From: Candidatus Peribacteria bacterium
GTDB lineage: Bacteria; Patescibacteriota; Gracilibacteria; UBA1369; UBA12463
Length of the DNA: 64,000 nucleotides
Reading direction: 5' to 3'
Assembly (NCBI GenBank): GCA_943355055.1
Contig: CALREA010000003.1
Span: 11,343 to 75,342, forward strand
Shown here: piece after piece, positions 30,353 to 40,882 of the stretch
Layout: the number at the start of each line of letters is the position of its first letter
How positions within the stretch are numbered: the first letter of the stretch is position 1
Position numbers and translations under genes: made by a program
Notes under the pieces: model-generated
The model's database searches: none
What the model was told of the DNA's origin: nothing
Seen by the model: the letters and a program-made list of their open reading frames with translations, nothing else

Positions 30353-31795
30353 ATGAAAAAAACCCTCTCGCTCTTTCTTTTGCTTTCCTTGTTTGTCGGA
30401 CTTACCTCCGGTTGTTCTTTTTTCCTCAAGGATAATTCAGGAAAGGGAAAGGCAGCAAAAATTTTGTTAACGTACTATCGTTTTGGGGATGATGCCGAGG
30501 TTATTAAACCTTTGCTAGATAGCTACGAGTCTGCCCATCCGGGAACGACGATTCAGCTTGTAACTAAATTTCCAAACTATCAGGTATATGAGGATACATT
30601 AATTAATGAAATTGCCGAAGGTAATGGTCCTGATTTGTTCTCTGTTCCTAATACGTGGATTTATAAACATCAGAAAAAGATTGAGCCAATGCCTGATACT
30701 ATGGGTACGGTTGATCAATATCGACAGAATTTCGTGGCTACGGCAGATCGGGATTTAGTACGTCCGGATTCACGATACCCAGGATTACTCAAAATTTTTG
30801 GAATTCCTCTTTTTGTCGATACGTTAGCGGTGTATTATAACAAGCTCCAGTACGAGGATCGAATTCCTAACTCAGGGCGACCTGCAACCCTTTGGAATAA
30901 TTTTGTCGCCGATGGCATTGCTCTTGCCAAGACCGGTACTGAATCCGGTTTTGAAGTTTCCGGTACGGCGCTCGGACGAGTTGATAACATTTCCCACGGA
31001 CTAGATGTTTTTTATAATCTCGTGTTGCAATATGGTGGAAGTTTTTATAATCAACAGGGGACGGATGCCGCGCTCAAGACTCTCATGGTTAAGAAAGATG
31101 ACCAACAGATATATCCTTTCTCTCAAGCGTTGAATTTCTTTGCCGGTTTTGCCCGTAGCGATTCTCCGAATTATGTTTGGAATGCTGCTTCAGCATCACC
31201 CTTCGACTCACAAGAACTTCTCGCTTTTTCCCGTAGCCAGGTATCTTCTGTTTTTGGATATAGCGATGCGTACCAACGTATTATCTCCCTCTCAGGTAGC
31301 TCTGTGAAACAGGGTATGAAAACTATTGGGGCTAAAGATATTGGTATCGCGCCTCTTCCTCAATTTCAGGACCCGTCTGTTTCGACCAGCAAACGTGATG
31401 CTTTGGCTCACTACATGTTTGAAACGGTCTCCAGGAACTCAAAATATCAGAAACAGGCGTGGGAACTTCTTCTCTTTTTGGGGAATAAAAAGAATCAAGA
31501 GTACTACAATAGCAAAACTCATAAACCTACGAGTCGTCGTGACCTCCTGGAGGTCCAATCCAAAGATCCGATTTACGGCGTATTTGCCCAGCAGGTAGGA
31601 TTTGCCAGTAGTCTGCCTCTCTATGATGAGGTACGGGTGAATGAGATTATCTCGAGAATGATCCAAGCTGTTTCCGATGGCTCAAGTGTCCCGAAAGATG
31701 CCGTTGAATCCGCTGATGCTCAAATAGGTGTTCTCCTTCCTAAGACCGGTTTCGTTGGTCCGGGTCCCCATCTTCTGCCGCAGGTGAAGAAGTAG
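30353..31795 (+). CDS. extracellular solute-binding lipoprotein (family 1, sugar-type)
   Basis: Lipobox LTSGC, GNGPDLF, IP..VDTLAVYYNK, AWELLLFL. Confidence 0.82.
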   Translation: MKKTLSLFLLLSLFVGLTSGCSFFLKDNSGKGKAAKILLTYYRFGDDAEVIKPLLDSYESAHPGTTIQLVTKFPNYQVYEDTLINEIAEGNGPDLFSVPNTWIYKHQKKIEPMPDTMGTVDQYRQNFVATADRDLVRPDSRYPGLLKIFGIPLFVDTLAVYYNKLQYEDRIPNSGRPATLWNNFVADGIALAKTGTESGFEVSGTALGRVDNISHGLDVFYNLVLQYGGSFYNQQGTDAALKTLMVKKDDQQIYPFSQALNFFAGFARSDSPNYVWNAASASPFDSQELLAFSRSQVSSVFGYSDAYQRIISLSGSSVKQGMKTIGAKDIGIAPLPQFQDPSVSTSKRDALAHYMFETVSRNSKYQKQAWELLLFLGNKKNQEYYNSKTHKPTSRRDLLEVQSKDPIYGVFAQQVGFASSLPLYDEVRVNEIISRMIQAVSDGSSVPKDAVESADAQIGVLLPKTGFVGPGPHLLPQVKK

Positions 31796-31810
31796 TGATA
31801 TTATGCGCTC

Positions 31811-33130
31811 ATGAACCGTAGTTTTTCTCAGTTTATTCACCGATGTACAGAGGTAGTATTAGCTGGTTTTTTCGTAACGCTTTTTATTCCCCTTAAGTTA
31901 CGATTATTTGAGCCTGATATTTTTTTAAGTGGTGATTTTAACCCTTATAATGTTTTTTATCTTTATGCTAGTGATGCGTTTTTCCTTTTAGCTCTTTTTT
32001 TTATCGCACTTCAGTTTTTCTTCGTATCCCATAAGACTGATGATGAAATATTGAATGAATTTACCATCGGGGATTGGCCTATTATACTTTTTTTTGGCCT
32101 CTTAATAGCCGTGTCTCTTATTTCTTTCTTTGTGGTGACGGCTTCATCGGAGATGTTGTTATTTTCTTGGCGTTGGGTTGAGATGCTTGGTTTGTATTAT
32201 ATTGTTTCCCGTAATATCCTTCCCCTCGCGACGATTGCTCGTTTTTTCGTGTGGGCGATGATATTGCAGAGTATCATGGCGGGATTTCAGTATTTTCACG
32301 GGTCGAGTCTTGGATTGTCTTTCCTCGGTGAACCCTTGCTTCATATTGGAGAGCCAGGGATAGCTACAATGACGATGCTCAGTAAGACGATATTGCGAGG
32401 ATACGGTACGTTTTTGCACCCAAATATTTTTGCGGCTTATGCGATTTTTGGAGTTTTTCTTTCACTTTTATATCGAAAAACACGGCCTGTTTTTTTCTCA
32501 GTAGCCATCGGTATTCTTGTTTTTGGTATTATTATTTCTTTTTCTAGAATGGCTCTGTTTGCTCTTATAGCTCTCTTTATTCTCTCTTTTTTCTCGAAAA
32601 AAAAATACTTTTCCACCCGCGTTGTTTCGTATTCTTTGTTTAGTATTGTGGGTGTTTTGATGGCCGGTTTTCTTTCAGGTCTATTCTCTGTTCTCGTAGA
32701 GCGTTTTCAGTTTACCGATAATGCCGCGCTTCAGTTTCGGTATGCTAACTTTATCGATGGAATTCATGTATTCCTCAATTATCCTTTCGGGACGGGCTTG
32801 GGTGGTTCCACGACCGCTATGTCGATGATTTCATCGATGAAATTTGCCCCTTGGCAGTATCAGCCGGCGCATAATTTTTTTCTTGTTATGAGTGATGAGC
32901 TTGGGGTATTTGGACTTATTATTGTTTTGGTTGGTACTTTTTTTCTCTATCGGAATCTCTATCGAGATCGTCAATCTTATCCGCTTCATTTCGCGATTGG
33001 GGTAGCTTTTCTTTGCTTGTCACTCACGGATCATTATTTTTTTACGTTGTACCATGGACAGATACTACTCGTTCTTTTCCTTAGCTTCCTAGCTCTGGCG
33101 AAGCGAGAATCTTCTCCCAGTTCCCATTGA
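31811..33130 (+). CDS. O-antigen ligase-like (Wzy_C) membrane protein
   Basis: Multi-TM, RGYGTFLHPNIFA, SFSR, PFGTGLG, PAHNFFL..ELG. Confidence 0.85.
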   Translation: MNRSFSQFIHRCTEVVLAGFFVTLFIPLKLRLFEPDIFLSGDFNPYNVFYLYASDAFFLLALFFIALQFFFVSHKTDDEILNEFTIGDWPIILFFGLLIAVSLISFFVVTASSEMLLFSWRWVEMLGLYYIVSRNILPLATIARFFVWAMILQSIMAGFQYFHGSSLGLSFLGEPLLHIGEPGIATMTMLSKTILRGYGTFLHPNIFAAYAIFGVFLSLLYRKTRPVFFSVAIGILVFGIIISFSRMALFALIALFILSFFSKKKYFSTRVVSYSLFSIVGVLMAGFLSGLFSVLVERFQFTDNAALQFRYANFIDGIHVFLNYPFGTGLGGSTTAMSMISSMKFAPWQYQPAHNFFLVMSDELGVFGLIIVLVGTFFLYRNLYRDRQSYPLHFAIGVAFLCLSLTDHYFFTLYHGQILLVLFLSFLALAKRESSPSSH

Positions 33131-34034
33131 GAAATGTTTTGATGTCGCATGGTTTCTTCCCTTCCATCTGGAGTTCGAGAGGTAAGATCGCTCCTTGTTT
33201 CGTCCCAATGTGCAATACATCACCGGTAATTCTCATGACTCCCGGATTTAATGACGTTGTTGATTCATCGACTGAGGCTGCGAGAATTTTGAGTCTTTTG
33301 TTTTCCCATGTCGTAAAGCATGATGGCCAAGGAGTGTAGGCGCGAATTTTATTATGAATTTCTTTTGCCGTATTATTTTTCCAATCGATCAGTCCATCAT
33401 TTTTTTCAATTTTTCCACATGTGGTTGCTTTGCTTTCATCCTGCGGAATTGCCGTGAGTGCGCCTTCCAGATAGTCACTGATTACCAGCGGTGCCATTGC
33501 GCCGCCCAGAACGGCGAGTTTCTTGTAGAGCGTGGTGTAGGTATCGTCTTTTTGAATTTCATGTTTTTTCAGGAGGAGAATGTTTCCTTCATCCATTTTT
33601 TCATTCATCTTCATGAATGTGATTCCCGTCGTTGAGTCTCCGTTAAGGAGTGCATGTTGAATAGGGGATGCACCTCGATATTTTGGCAATAATGAGCCGT
33701 GAATATTGATAGCTCCGTATTTTGGAAGTTCGAGTAGATTTGGTGGAATGATCTGTCCATAGGAGATGACGACGAAGAGGTCGGGTTGAAGTTCTTTCAG
33801 CAATGCATAGAAATCTTCATTTTTCCTGATTTTTTTTGGTTGCAATACCGGTATGTTTATGGTCTGAACATGCAATTTTACCGGTGTCGGTTCAAGTTTT
33901 TGATGACGTCCCACAGGCATATCCGGCTGTGATACAACCGCTTTTACTGATATTTCAGCGCTTTTTGAGAGTGCATCCAGAGCCGGTATGGCGAACTCCG
34001 ATGTCCCGAAAAATATGACTTGATATTTCTTCAT
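33081..34034 (-). CDS. fmt: methionyl-tRNA formyltransferase
   Basis: FFGTSEFA, VSQPD, NIHGSLLPKYRGASPI, MDEG. Confidence 0.96.
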   Translation of the reverse strand: MKKYQVIFFGTSEFAIPALDALSKSAEISVKAVVSQPDMPVGRHQKLEPTPVKLHVQTINIPVLQPKKIRKNEDFYALLKELQPDLFVVISYGQIIPPNLLELPKYGAINIHGSLLPKYRGASPIQHALLNGDSTTGITFMKMNEKMDEGNILLLKKHEIQKDDTYTTLYKKLAVLGGAMAPLVISDYLEGALTAIPQDESKATTCGKIEKNDGLIDWKNNTAKEIHNKIRAYTPWPSCFTTWENKRLKILAASVDESTTSLNPGVMRITGDVLHIGTKQGAILPLELQMEGKKPCDIKTFLNGNWEKILASPELGS

Positions 34035-34059
34035 AAAATTCTTATAGTTCATTCTTCAT

Positions 34060-35079
34060 ATGCAAGATACCACAACTACATTTCGAGAGGCAAAAAAACT
34101 GATTGAACAATCGGAGAAAATTTTGTTGATTTCTCATCGCCGTCCGGACGGCGATACGTTAGGTGCCAATATCGCGATTCATTTGTTACTCCAGAGTATG
34201 GGCAAGCAAACCACCCTTGCCTGCATCGATGAACCATCTGAGCGATATGCATTTCTCCCTGATATTCGAACTTTTGTTCGTGAGTTTGACTTCCGTCAAT
34301 ACGACCTCATTATCGTCTCGGATGCGGGCGCGCATTATATGACCCAGTTTCATACGATCTATCCGGATATCTTCTCCGGAGTGGTTCCGGTGTTGAATAT
34401 CGATCATCACGCGTCGAATGATAATTTTGGAACACTCAATATGGTCGATCCCGTAGCGCCTTCGGCGACGGTTATTGTTTATCGATGGTTTCGGTACATG
34501 AGAATTACAATAACTCCGAGTATAGCGACCGCCCTCCTTACTGGCATTTATAATGATACCGGAAGCTTGATGCACTCCAATACAACCGAAGAGGTCTATC
34601 TCCAGTCTGCCGATCTGGTTGCCCATGGGGCAAAAGTACATACCATTGCTCGATCCATGTTTCGAACCAATACTCTTAGCTCACTTAAATTGTGGGGCAG
34701 GACGCTTGAAAATATGACTGTGTCGAACGATGGGGTGTGTATCTCGGTTCTCACGACGCGCGACTTTGCCGATTGTGGCGCTCATCCTGATGAGTCCGGC
34801 GGCGTGATTGATTTACTCTATACCGTTCCGGATACAACCTATTGCCTCCTCCTCGCTGAAGACGGGAAGGGGAATATCAAAGGGTCGTTTCGCACACGAA
34901 GAGACGATGTTGACCTGACTCTACTGGCGGCAAAGTTCAATGGTGGTGGTCACAAGAAGGCCGCGGGTTTCAGTATTCCCGGGACTATTCACAAGGAAAC
35001 GATGTGGAAAATCATCACTGATACCCTTCTTCCGTCCGCTTCTCAATTTCCTATACAAGGTTTGACCCTTCAGCAGTAG
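34060..35079 (+). CDS. nrnA: DHH/DHHA1 phosphoesterase (NrnA-like)
   Basis: H..PDGD, NIDHH, DTG, GGGHKKAAG. Confidence 0.9.
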   Translation: MQDTTTTFREAKKLIEQSEKILLISHRRPDGDTLGANIAIHLLLQSMGKQTTLACIDEPSERYAFLPDIRTFVREFDFRQYDLIIVSDAGAHYMTQFHTIYPDIFSGVVPVLNIDHHASNDNFGTLNMVDPVAPSATVIVYRWFRYMRITITPSIATALLTGIYNDTGSLMHSNTTEEVYLQSADLVAHGAKVHTIARSMFRTNTLSSLKLWGRTLENMTVSNDGVCISVLTTRDFADCGAHPDESGGVIDLLYTVPDTTYCLLLAEDGKGNIKGSFRTRRDDVDLTLLAAKFNGGGHKKAAGFSIPGTIHKETMWKIITDTLLPSASQFPIQGLTLQQ

Positions 35080-35096
35080 TTTGTTACAATCTTGCC

Positions 35097-36095
35097 ATGT
35101 TTAGGAAGATTCTCACTATTGTTATTTTTTCCGTGTTTGTTGTTTTTAGTATCCCGTTTTTCCTCGGTCTTGCCCTTTCGCACACTTTTTTTTCTCAGAA
35201 TTTTTATACCGGGACTTTTTTGAACACCGCTTATGTTCCGCTTGTCGACGCGGCTGCTGGAAATATGACGGAACTCGATCCTGCCATTGCGCGTTATTTC
35301 CCGCAAGACGAAATCCGACAACTTTTGATGATGCATTTTACCAAGGATGTTTTTCGCACTGTTATCGAAGGAACTTCCTCGAAGTTGCATCAAGAGATCG
35401 CCGCAACTCCCGCTAGCATCTCTCGATCTGACAAATTACCATTGAGCATCAATCTTACTCCGTTACTTGAACCGTCTAAGCTTTTTCTGCAGACGGCGAC
35501 GCAACGTGTCCTCGATCGTCTTCCTCCGTGCAAGGCCGGTATTCAGCCTGAAATTACCGGTATTTTTCCCAGCTGTTCTCTCCTTTCCTGGAAAACAGAT
35601 GATTTTAGAAATCAATTTAATAAGCAATTTCAACAAACTTATGAAAAGAAAATACTCAATAATGTCATGAGTGCCAATGGATCCGGTTTCGTCAAAAATA
35701 TCGAGCTGGATGTCTCCCGTCGTGACATAGGTCTTGTACTTCGACAATTCGATATGATGAATATATACGTCGTATTATTTATGGTTGCTTTTGTCTCTTT
35801 AATGCTTCTTCTTTGGCTCCGCAAATTGAAAATCGGACTGATGTATTCGGGAATTATGATTGTTTCTTCCGGTGTTGTCGGCTTGTTGATTGCCATGATG
35901 CTTTCAAAGATTGTTTTATTTTTACCATCCGATGCTCTTATGGATCCTGCCTTGTCTGAAGCGAATATCGCCCTGGCACGCGAAATACTCGGTGTTGTTT
36001 TTGTATCGTTTGCCAAGGCTTATGCCGGAATTCTCTTGGTGATTACCCTCCTTGGTGGTTCGGTGTATGCTTTATCTCGTCGTTACCTTGCCTAA
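35097..36095 (+). CDS. hypothetical membrane protein
   Basis: N-terminal TM, extracytoplasmic domain with a Cys pair, three C-terminal TMs. Confidence 0.75.
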   Translation: MFRKILTIVIFSVFVVFSIPFFLGLALSHTFFSQNFYTGTFLNTAYVPLVDAAAGNMTELDPAIARYFPQDEIRQLLMMHFTKDVFRTVIEGTSSKLHQEIAATPASISRSDKLPLSINLTPLLEPSKLFLQTATQRVLDRLPPCKAGIQPEITGIFPSCSLLSWKTDDFRNQFNKQFQQTYEKKILNNVMSANGSGFVKNIELDVSRRDIGLVLRQFDMMNIYVVLFMVAFVSLMLLLWLRKLKIGLMYSGIMIVSSGVVGLLIAMMLSKIVLFLPSDALMDPALSEANIALAREILGVVFVSFAKAYAGILLVITLLGGSVYALSRRYLA

Positions 36096-36097
36096 TT

Positions 36098-36472
36098 ATG
36101 ACGCATCATCGCTATCTTTCGATTATTGGAGTTGCTGCCGCAATGAGCTGGCTGGGCTGGCTGGTGGTGGTTTTTAAACTTGCTCCATTTGAGTCAACAG
36201 GGATGGCGCTTGGGTTTTTCTTTCTTACTCTTTTCCTTGCCCTGGCATGTAGTTTTGCTATTTTTGGCTTCTATGTACGTCTTTGGCTTAATCGAAATGA
36301 AGTATACTATCATCATATCAATATCTCGCTCAGACAGGGTGTGCTCTTGAGTGTGTTGGCGGAGGCGGCACTTGCTCTTCAGTTGGCCGGAGTATTGACT
36401 TGGTGGACCGGCATATTACTTATCACCTCCATCGTCTTGGTGGAGTTGTATTTTGCGTTAAGTTTTAAATAG
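36098..36472 (+). CDS. hypothetical 4-TM membrane protein
   Basis: Hydrophobic; SLRQG motif. Confidence 0.75.
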   Translation: MTHHRYLSIIGVAAAMSWLGWLVVVFKLAPFESTGMALGFFFLTLFLALACSFAIFGFYVRLWLNRNEVYYHHINISLRQGVLLSVLAEAALALQLAGVLTWWTGILLITSIVLVELYFALSFK

Positions 36473-36478
36473 GTTATT

Positions 36479-37231
36479 TTACAGTCCGTAGAAATGTTTT
36501 TTCACAAACCCTATTTTTTCCAATGGGAATAGCGCCAGCCAGGCTCTGCCTTCCATGCGATCAAGTCCGATAAACGCATCCGCGTCAGTTTTACAGCCGC
36601 TGATCATCGAACTCCTGAAACAACTTCGCGCGTCGGAGGATACTTGTCGATTATCTCCGAATACAAGGTATCTTCCCTCCGGTACTACGAATTTTGTTTT
36701 TTCCGGGATGAGAGGGAGTGTGTTTCCCTGATTGGCCGCGCTTAAATAGGGTTCATCTAATTTAATTCCATCTGGGTGTTCCTTGTTCGTGACGTATACG
36801 TAACCATTTTTGAGATCAACGGTTTCTCCCGGTAGTCCAATAATTCGCTTGATGAAAAACTCCTGTCCATCCATATGGAGAAGCGTCTTGAAGAGTGACT
36901 CGAGTTTTCCATAGGTATCGCTGCTTGGAGGTCTGAATACGATAATATCTCCTCTTTCCGGAGAATCAATAATGTATCCTAACTTACTAATAATGAGATA
37001 TTCTCCATATCCCGTGTTGCATACTCCGTTTCGATAATTCATGGTGTTGCACATCGATGTTCCATGTACCTGAAACGGCGCGACGAGATAGCTGCGTATA
37101 AACACTACCATCGCGATGATTACTACGGCATCAATAATTATTTCTCCTATAAATTTTATAGCTTTTTTTATCCCCGGAGGAACGTTCGGCCTTTTCTTCT
37201 GCGGATGTAATACATGGTTCATGGCTGCCAT
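36479..37231 (-). CDS. lepB: signal peptidase I
   Basis: GTSM (catalytic Ser), RGDIIVF, FIKRIIGLPGE (catalytic Lys), GDNR..SSDAR; start uncertain. Confidence 0.93.
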   Translation of the reverse strand: MAAMNHVLHPQKKRPNVPPGIKKAIKFIGEIIIDAVVIIAMVVFIRSYLVAPFQVHGTSMCNTMNYRNGVCNTGYGEYLIISKLGYIIDSPERGDIIVFRPPSSDTYGKLESLFKTLLHMDGQEFFIKRIIGLPGETVDLKNGYVYVTNKEHPDGIKLDEPYLSAANQGNTLPLIPEKTKFVVPEGRYLVFGDNRQVSSDARSCFRSSMISGCKTDADAFIGLDRMEGRAWLALFPLEKIGFVKKHFYGL

Positions 37232-37288
37232 CTTATATTTTATTCGCTTTATTTACAAGTGTCAGTAACTCCAGTACAATTCCCTTGT

Positions 37289-37903
37289 ATGAAATTGGCA
37301 TATTATTTTTTTGGTGAGTATCTCGAAAAAGGAGAGAAGGTGCATGCGGTTATTCATCGACATCTTGCCGTAATGTCTCCCATATTTATTAAAATTCTTA
37401 TCATTGGATTTCTTTTTCCCATCGGTATCGTTTACTTTTTTCCAATGCTTTTTTGGTTGATGGTTTCATGGATGATTTTGGCTGTCCTTCGAATTTTTTA
37501 TGATCTCTACGATTGGTATTATTATGTCTGGCTGATTACCGATAGAGGTATTCTTGATATTCGTTCACCGGGACTCTTCGAGGTTTCTACCGCGAGAGTT
37601 GAGTATCATATGATCGAGGGTGTCAGCTACACTATTGCCGGTTTTTGGCGAACAGTGCTTGGTTTTGGCGATATCACCATCCAGAAAGTCGGCTCTGGCT
37701 CGGTAATGACTATGCACGGGGGCGATAATCCTAAAAGGATTGAACGATTTGTTCTGAAGTATCAGGAAGAATATATGGAACATCATAATTACAATAGTCA
37801 CGATACGCTCAAGTCTCTTCTTTCCGGTATGCTCTATGAGCATATGAAAAAGGCGGGGCATGATGATTCTTCTCATTCGGAGCCAATAAAAAAGAAAAAA
37901 TAA
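37289..37903 (+). CDS. membrane protein with bacterial PH-like domain
   Basis: Two TMs then WLITDRGIL, GF...LGFGDITIQ pattern. Confidence 0.7.
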   Translation: MKLAYYFFGEYLEKGEKVHAVIHRHLAVMSPIFIKILIIGFLFPIGIVYFFPMLFWLMVSWMILAVLRIFYDLYDWYYYVWLITDRGILDIRSPGLFEVSTARVEYHMIEGVSYTIAGFWRTVLGFGDITIQKVGSGSVMTMHGGDNPKRIERFVLKYQEEYMEHHNYNSHDTLKSLLSGMLYEHMKKAGHDDSSHSEPIKKKK

Positions 37904-37912
37904 GCACTTTCT

Positions 37913-38335
37913 ATGAATGTATTGAATGTCGGTATTGCTATTCTCTTTCTGATGTTTGTTGGATTTTGTTTGTATGTAGCCTTTTTTCGAAAGCGTCTTG
38001 TTTTTTCATTGAAGGACGTTGACATGATACGTACCCGTTTTGCCGAACTGGAAAAGAAGCTTCATTGGGATCCTCGTTTTGTCGTAATGGAAGGGGATAA
38101 ACTCTTACATTTCCTCTTTCAAAAGCTTGGGTACAAAGGAGTGCTTGGCGATTCACTCAAAAGGGCCGGACGTCAGTTTTCTCATGAGCAAGATTTGTGG
38201 AGGGCTCATAAGTTGAGAAATTCTTTGGCGCATGAGTTGGGTAGTGAGGTTGATATCAAAATGGCTCGATCTGCGCTCAAGGCTTATAAATCGGCATTTG
38301 AGCAGTGCGGTATTTCATTCCCTTCCCATGAATAA
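37913..38335 (+). CDS. hypothetical membrane-anchored protein
   Basis: N-terminal TM; W.AHKLRN.LAHE (HEPN/DUF4145-like RxxxxH). Confidence 0.7.
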   Translation: MNVLNVGIAILFLMFVGFCLYVAFFRKRLVFSLKDVDMIRTRFAELEKKLHWDPRFVVMEGDKLLHFLFQKLGYKGVLGDSLKRAGRQFSHEQDLWRAHKLRNSLAHELGSEVDIKMARSALKAYKSAFEQCGISFPSHE

Positions 38336-38921
38336 GCCATTTATTATTGGCATTTTCGGCCCAATCGGTTCAGGGAAATCTACGGTTGCCGGTTTATTTC
38401 GAGAGAATAGGTATGTTGCGTGGGATGCGGATGAAGTCGTAAGTCGACTGTATATGTCCGGTGGAACAGGCGCGAAAAAAATTGGTGAGTTCTTCGGGTA
38501 TACATTTTTGAATAAAGATGGTTCTGTTTCGAAGAAGAAGTTGGGTCGTCTTGTACTGTCACATCCTGCCAAGATGCGAATTCTCGGGCATATTATTCAT
38601 CCACTCGTCGTGAATGACGCTCAGCACTGGATTGACGAACAGAAAAAGGCCGGGAATTTTTTGTTAGTTCTTGAGTCGTCGGCTTTTGAACCTGCGGACC
38701 TTGGACGTTTTCCCTGTGTGCTGCTGCGCGTGACTTCTGATGAGCAACTTTGTCGAGAGAGGGTTCTATTGAGAGGGAAGGATGATGCCTATTTCGATGC
38801 AATGAGTCATAATTTTCGTGATTATGAAACGCCACATCAAATTGTCAATAACGGTAGTTTGGAGGATTTGAAAAAGGTATTTGAAAATGTCCTTCCAGCC
38901 ATTACAATGAATGCGATCTAA
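38328..38921 (+). CDS. coaE: dephospho-CoA kinase
   Basis: GIFGPIGSGKSTV, DAD, IIHPLV, I.NNGS. Confidence 0.85.
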   Translation: MNKPFIIGIFGPIGSGKSTVAGLFRENRYVAWDADEVVSRLYMSGGTGAKKIGEFFGYTFLNKDGSVSKKKLGRLVLSHPAKMRILGHIIHPLVVNDAQHWIDEQKKAGNFLLVLESSAFEPADLGRFPCVLLRVTSDEQLCRERVLLRGKDDAYFDAMSHNFRDYETPHQIVNNGSLEDLKKVFENVLPAITMNAI

Positions 38922-38931
38922 TTTCTCCTTT

Positions 38932-40380
38932 ATGCCAACAGAAAAAATGGAACTTGAAACGATTATCGGTCTTGAAATTCACGCGCAAATTGCCACGAAA
39001 TCGAAGATGTTTTGTTCTTGTTCGGCTAACGCCTATAATGCCGAGCCCAATGAAAATACCTGCCCGGTTTGCATGGGTTTTCCGGGACAGCTACCTGTTA
39101 TTAACGTTGAGGCTGTTCGTAAAGGAGCGATTGCGGCTATGGCGCTCCAGTGTACTATTCCTGAGTATTCCAAGTTTGATAGAAAAAATTATTTTTACCC
39201 GGATTCCCCGAAGGGGTACCAAATTTCACAGTTCGATAAGCCGCTTTCTGAACATGGGAAGATTACGATTCGCGTGCAAGGGGAGGATAAAGTTGTGGGT
39301 ATTACCCGTCTTCACTTGGAAGACGATGCCGGTAAGTTGACGCATGTTGATCGTGGGACGCTCTGTGATTTTAATCGTGCGGGCGTGGCATTGATGGAAA
39401 TCGTTAGTGATCCGGATATGCGTAGTAGCGCCGAGGCAGCCGCATATGCCAAAGAGATTCAAGTTATTGTTCGATATGTCGGATCGAGTGATGCTGATAT
39501 GGAAAAGGGCATGATGCGTTTCGATGCGAGCGTTTCAATGAGGCCAAAAGGAGATACTAAACTCTATCCACGTGCTGAAATTAAAAATTTGAACTCATTC
39601 AAGTCGCTCGAGGCAGCAATAGAGTACGAAGTTGGACGACAGCGAAAACTATGGGAAGATGGCAAACCTCAGAGCAAAGATATTACCGTTGGATGGAAGG
39701 AGGAGAAGCAGGCCACGTACTTTATGCGCGAAAAAGAAGGTGCCGATGATTATCGATATTTCCCGGAACCGGATTTGCCACCTTTGGGCTTGAGTGAGGC
39801 AATCTTGAATGAACTTCGTAGTTCGCTACCGGAGTTACCGGCCGTTCGCAGAGGTCGATATATACGTGATTTTGCGCTTTCTGAAGCCGATGTTGAACTT
39901 CTTACCGAGGACAAGGATTTAGCTGCATACTTTGAAAATACGTTGAAAGTTGCTACCCATGATCCTAAAAAGGTAGCGAGTTTTATTACAACCGTTATTC
40001 TTCGCTTCTTAAAAGAAGACGCCAAGGATATCGATGAATGTCCCGTATCTCCTGAACATCTTGGAGAACTCTTGAATGCGGTTGAGTCCGGAAAAATTTC
40101 TAACAATATGGCAAAGGGAGAGATTTTTGAGGAGATGTATCTGAAGGGGAAAAGCCCACTTGAAATTATTAAGGAAAAGGGACTTGAACAGGTGAGTGAC
40201 ACGGGCGAGATTGAAAAAATCGCGAGTGAGGTTCTTGGTATGCATGTCGATCAGGTCGCTGAATATAAATCCGGAAAAGTGAAGGTTTTTGGGTTCCTCG
40301 TTGGTCAGGTGATGGCCCGCATGAAGGGTCGTGCCAATCCCGGAGTAGTAAATGATGTGGTTAAAAAACTCCTAGGGTAG
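38932..40380 (+). CDS. gatB: Asp/Glu-tRNA amidotransferase subunit B
   Basis: IGLEIHAQ, FDRKNYFYPD.PKGYQISQ, HLEDDAGK, YRYFPEPDLPP. Confidence 0.97.
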   Translation: MPTEKMELETIIGLEIHAQIATKSKMFCSCSANAYNAEPNENTCPVCMGFPGQLPVINVEAVRKGAIAAMALQCTIPEYSKFDRKNYFYPDSPKGYQISQFDKPLSEHGKITIRVQGEDKVVGITRLHLEDDAGKLTHVDRGTLCDFNRAGVALMEIVSDPDMRSSAEAAAYAKEIQVIVRYVGSSDADMEKGMMRFDASVSMRPKGDTKLYPRAEIKNLNSFKSLEAAIEYEVGRQRKLWEDGKPQSKDITVGWKEEKQATYFMREKEGADDYRYFPEPDLPPLGLSEAILNELRSSLPELPAVRRGRYIRDFALSEADVELLTEDKDLAAYFENTLKVATHDPKKVASFITTVILRFLKEDAKDIDECPVSPEHLGELLNAVESGKISNNMAKGEIFEEMYLKGKSPLEIIKEKGLEQVSDTGEIEKIASEVLGMHVDQVAEYKSGKVKVFGFLVGQVMARMKGRANPGVVNDVVKKLLG

Positions 40381-40464
40381 TACTGGTTGATATTTCACGG
40401 AATGTTTTGTTATCCGTCAAATCCATAGTATAATCTTTATTACAGAGATCATAACCTCACTCCC

Positions 40465-40740
40465 ATGGTCACCTCAACTCTTGATATTCTATATTTGTCG
40501 CTTGCCGTAGGCTTTATTGTCTTGGTAATTTTCTTGTCGATTACGCTTTTGTACACGATTTTTATTTTGAGAGATGTTTCGAGTGTGACGCAGGACGTGA
40601 AAGAGGTAACAGAAAAGGTAAATCAGGTTATCGTAAGTCCACTAAATGCGTTTCATTTTCTTGTTGAACAATTAAAACCGTATTTGGAAAATGCTTTCCA
40701 TGCTATTCAGCAGAGGAGGGCGAAGAAGGGGAAGAAGTAG
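40465..40740 (+). CDS. small membrane-anchored coiled-coil protein (DUF948-like)
   Basis: N-terminal TM, heptad segment, basic tail. Confidence 0.65.
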   Translation: MVTSTLDILYLSLAVGFIVLVIFLSITLLYTIFILRDVSSVTQDVKEVTEKVNQVIVSPLNAFHFLVEQLKPYLENAFHAIQQRRAKKGKK

Positions 40741-40882
40741 ACGCGGTGTCTTTTTTGTATGTTGTAATGGGTTATTCCGTGGCTATTGTTTTATTCTCTA
40801 TCTGTTTTTTAATGTAAAAATTTCCCCGTTCCTACATTCTATATTAGAATAGGTACGTTTTTCGTACTCTTTCTTATATCAA

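Noticed and set aside
33081..33130. 50-nt convergent overlap of fmt and the ligase-like gene
   Set aside because: Ordinary tail-to-tail overlap in a compact genome.
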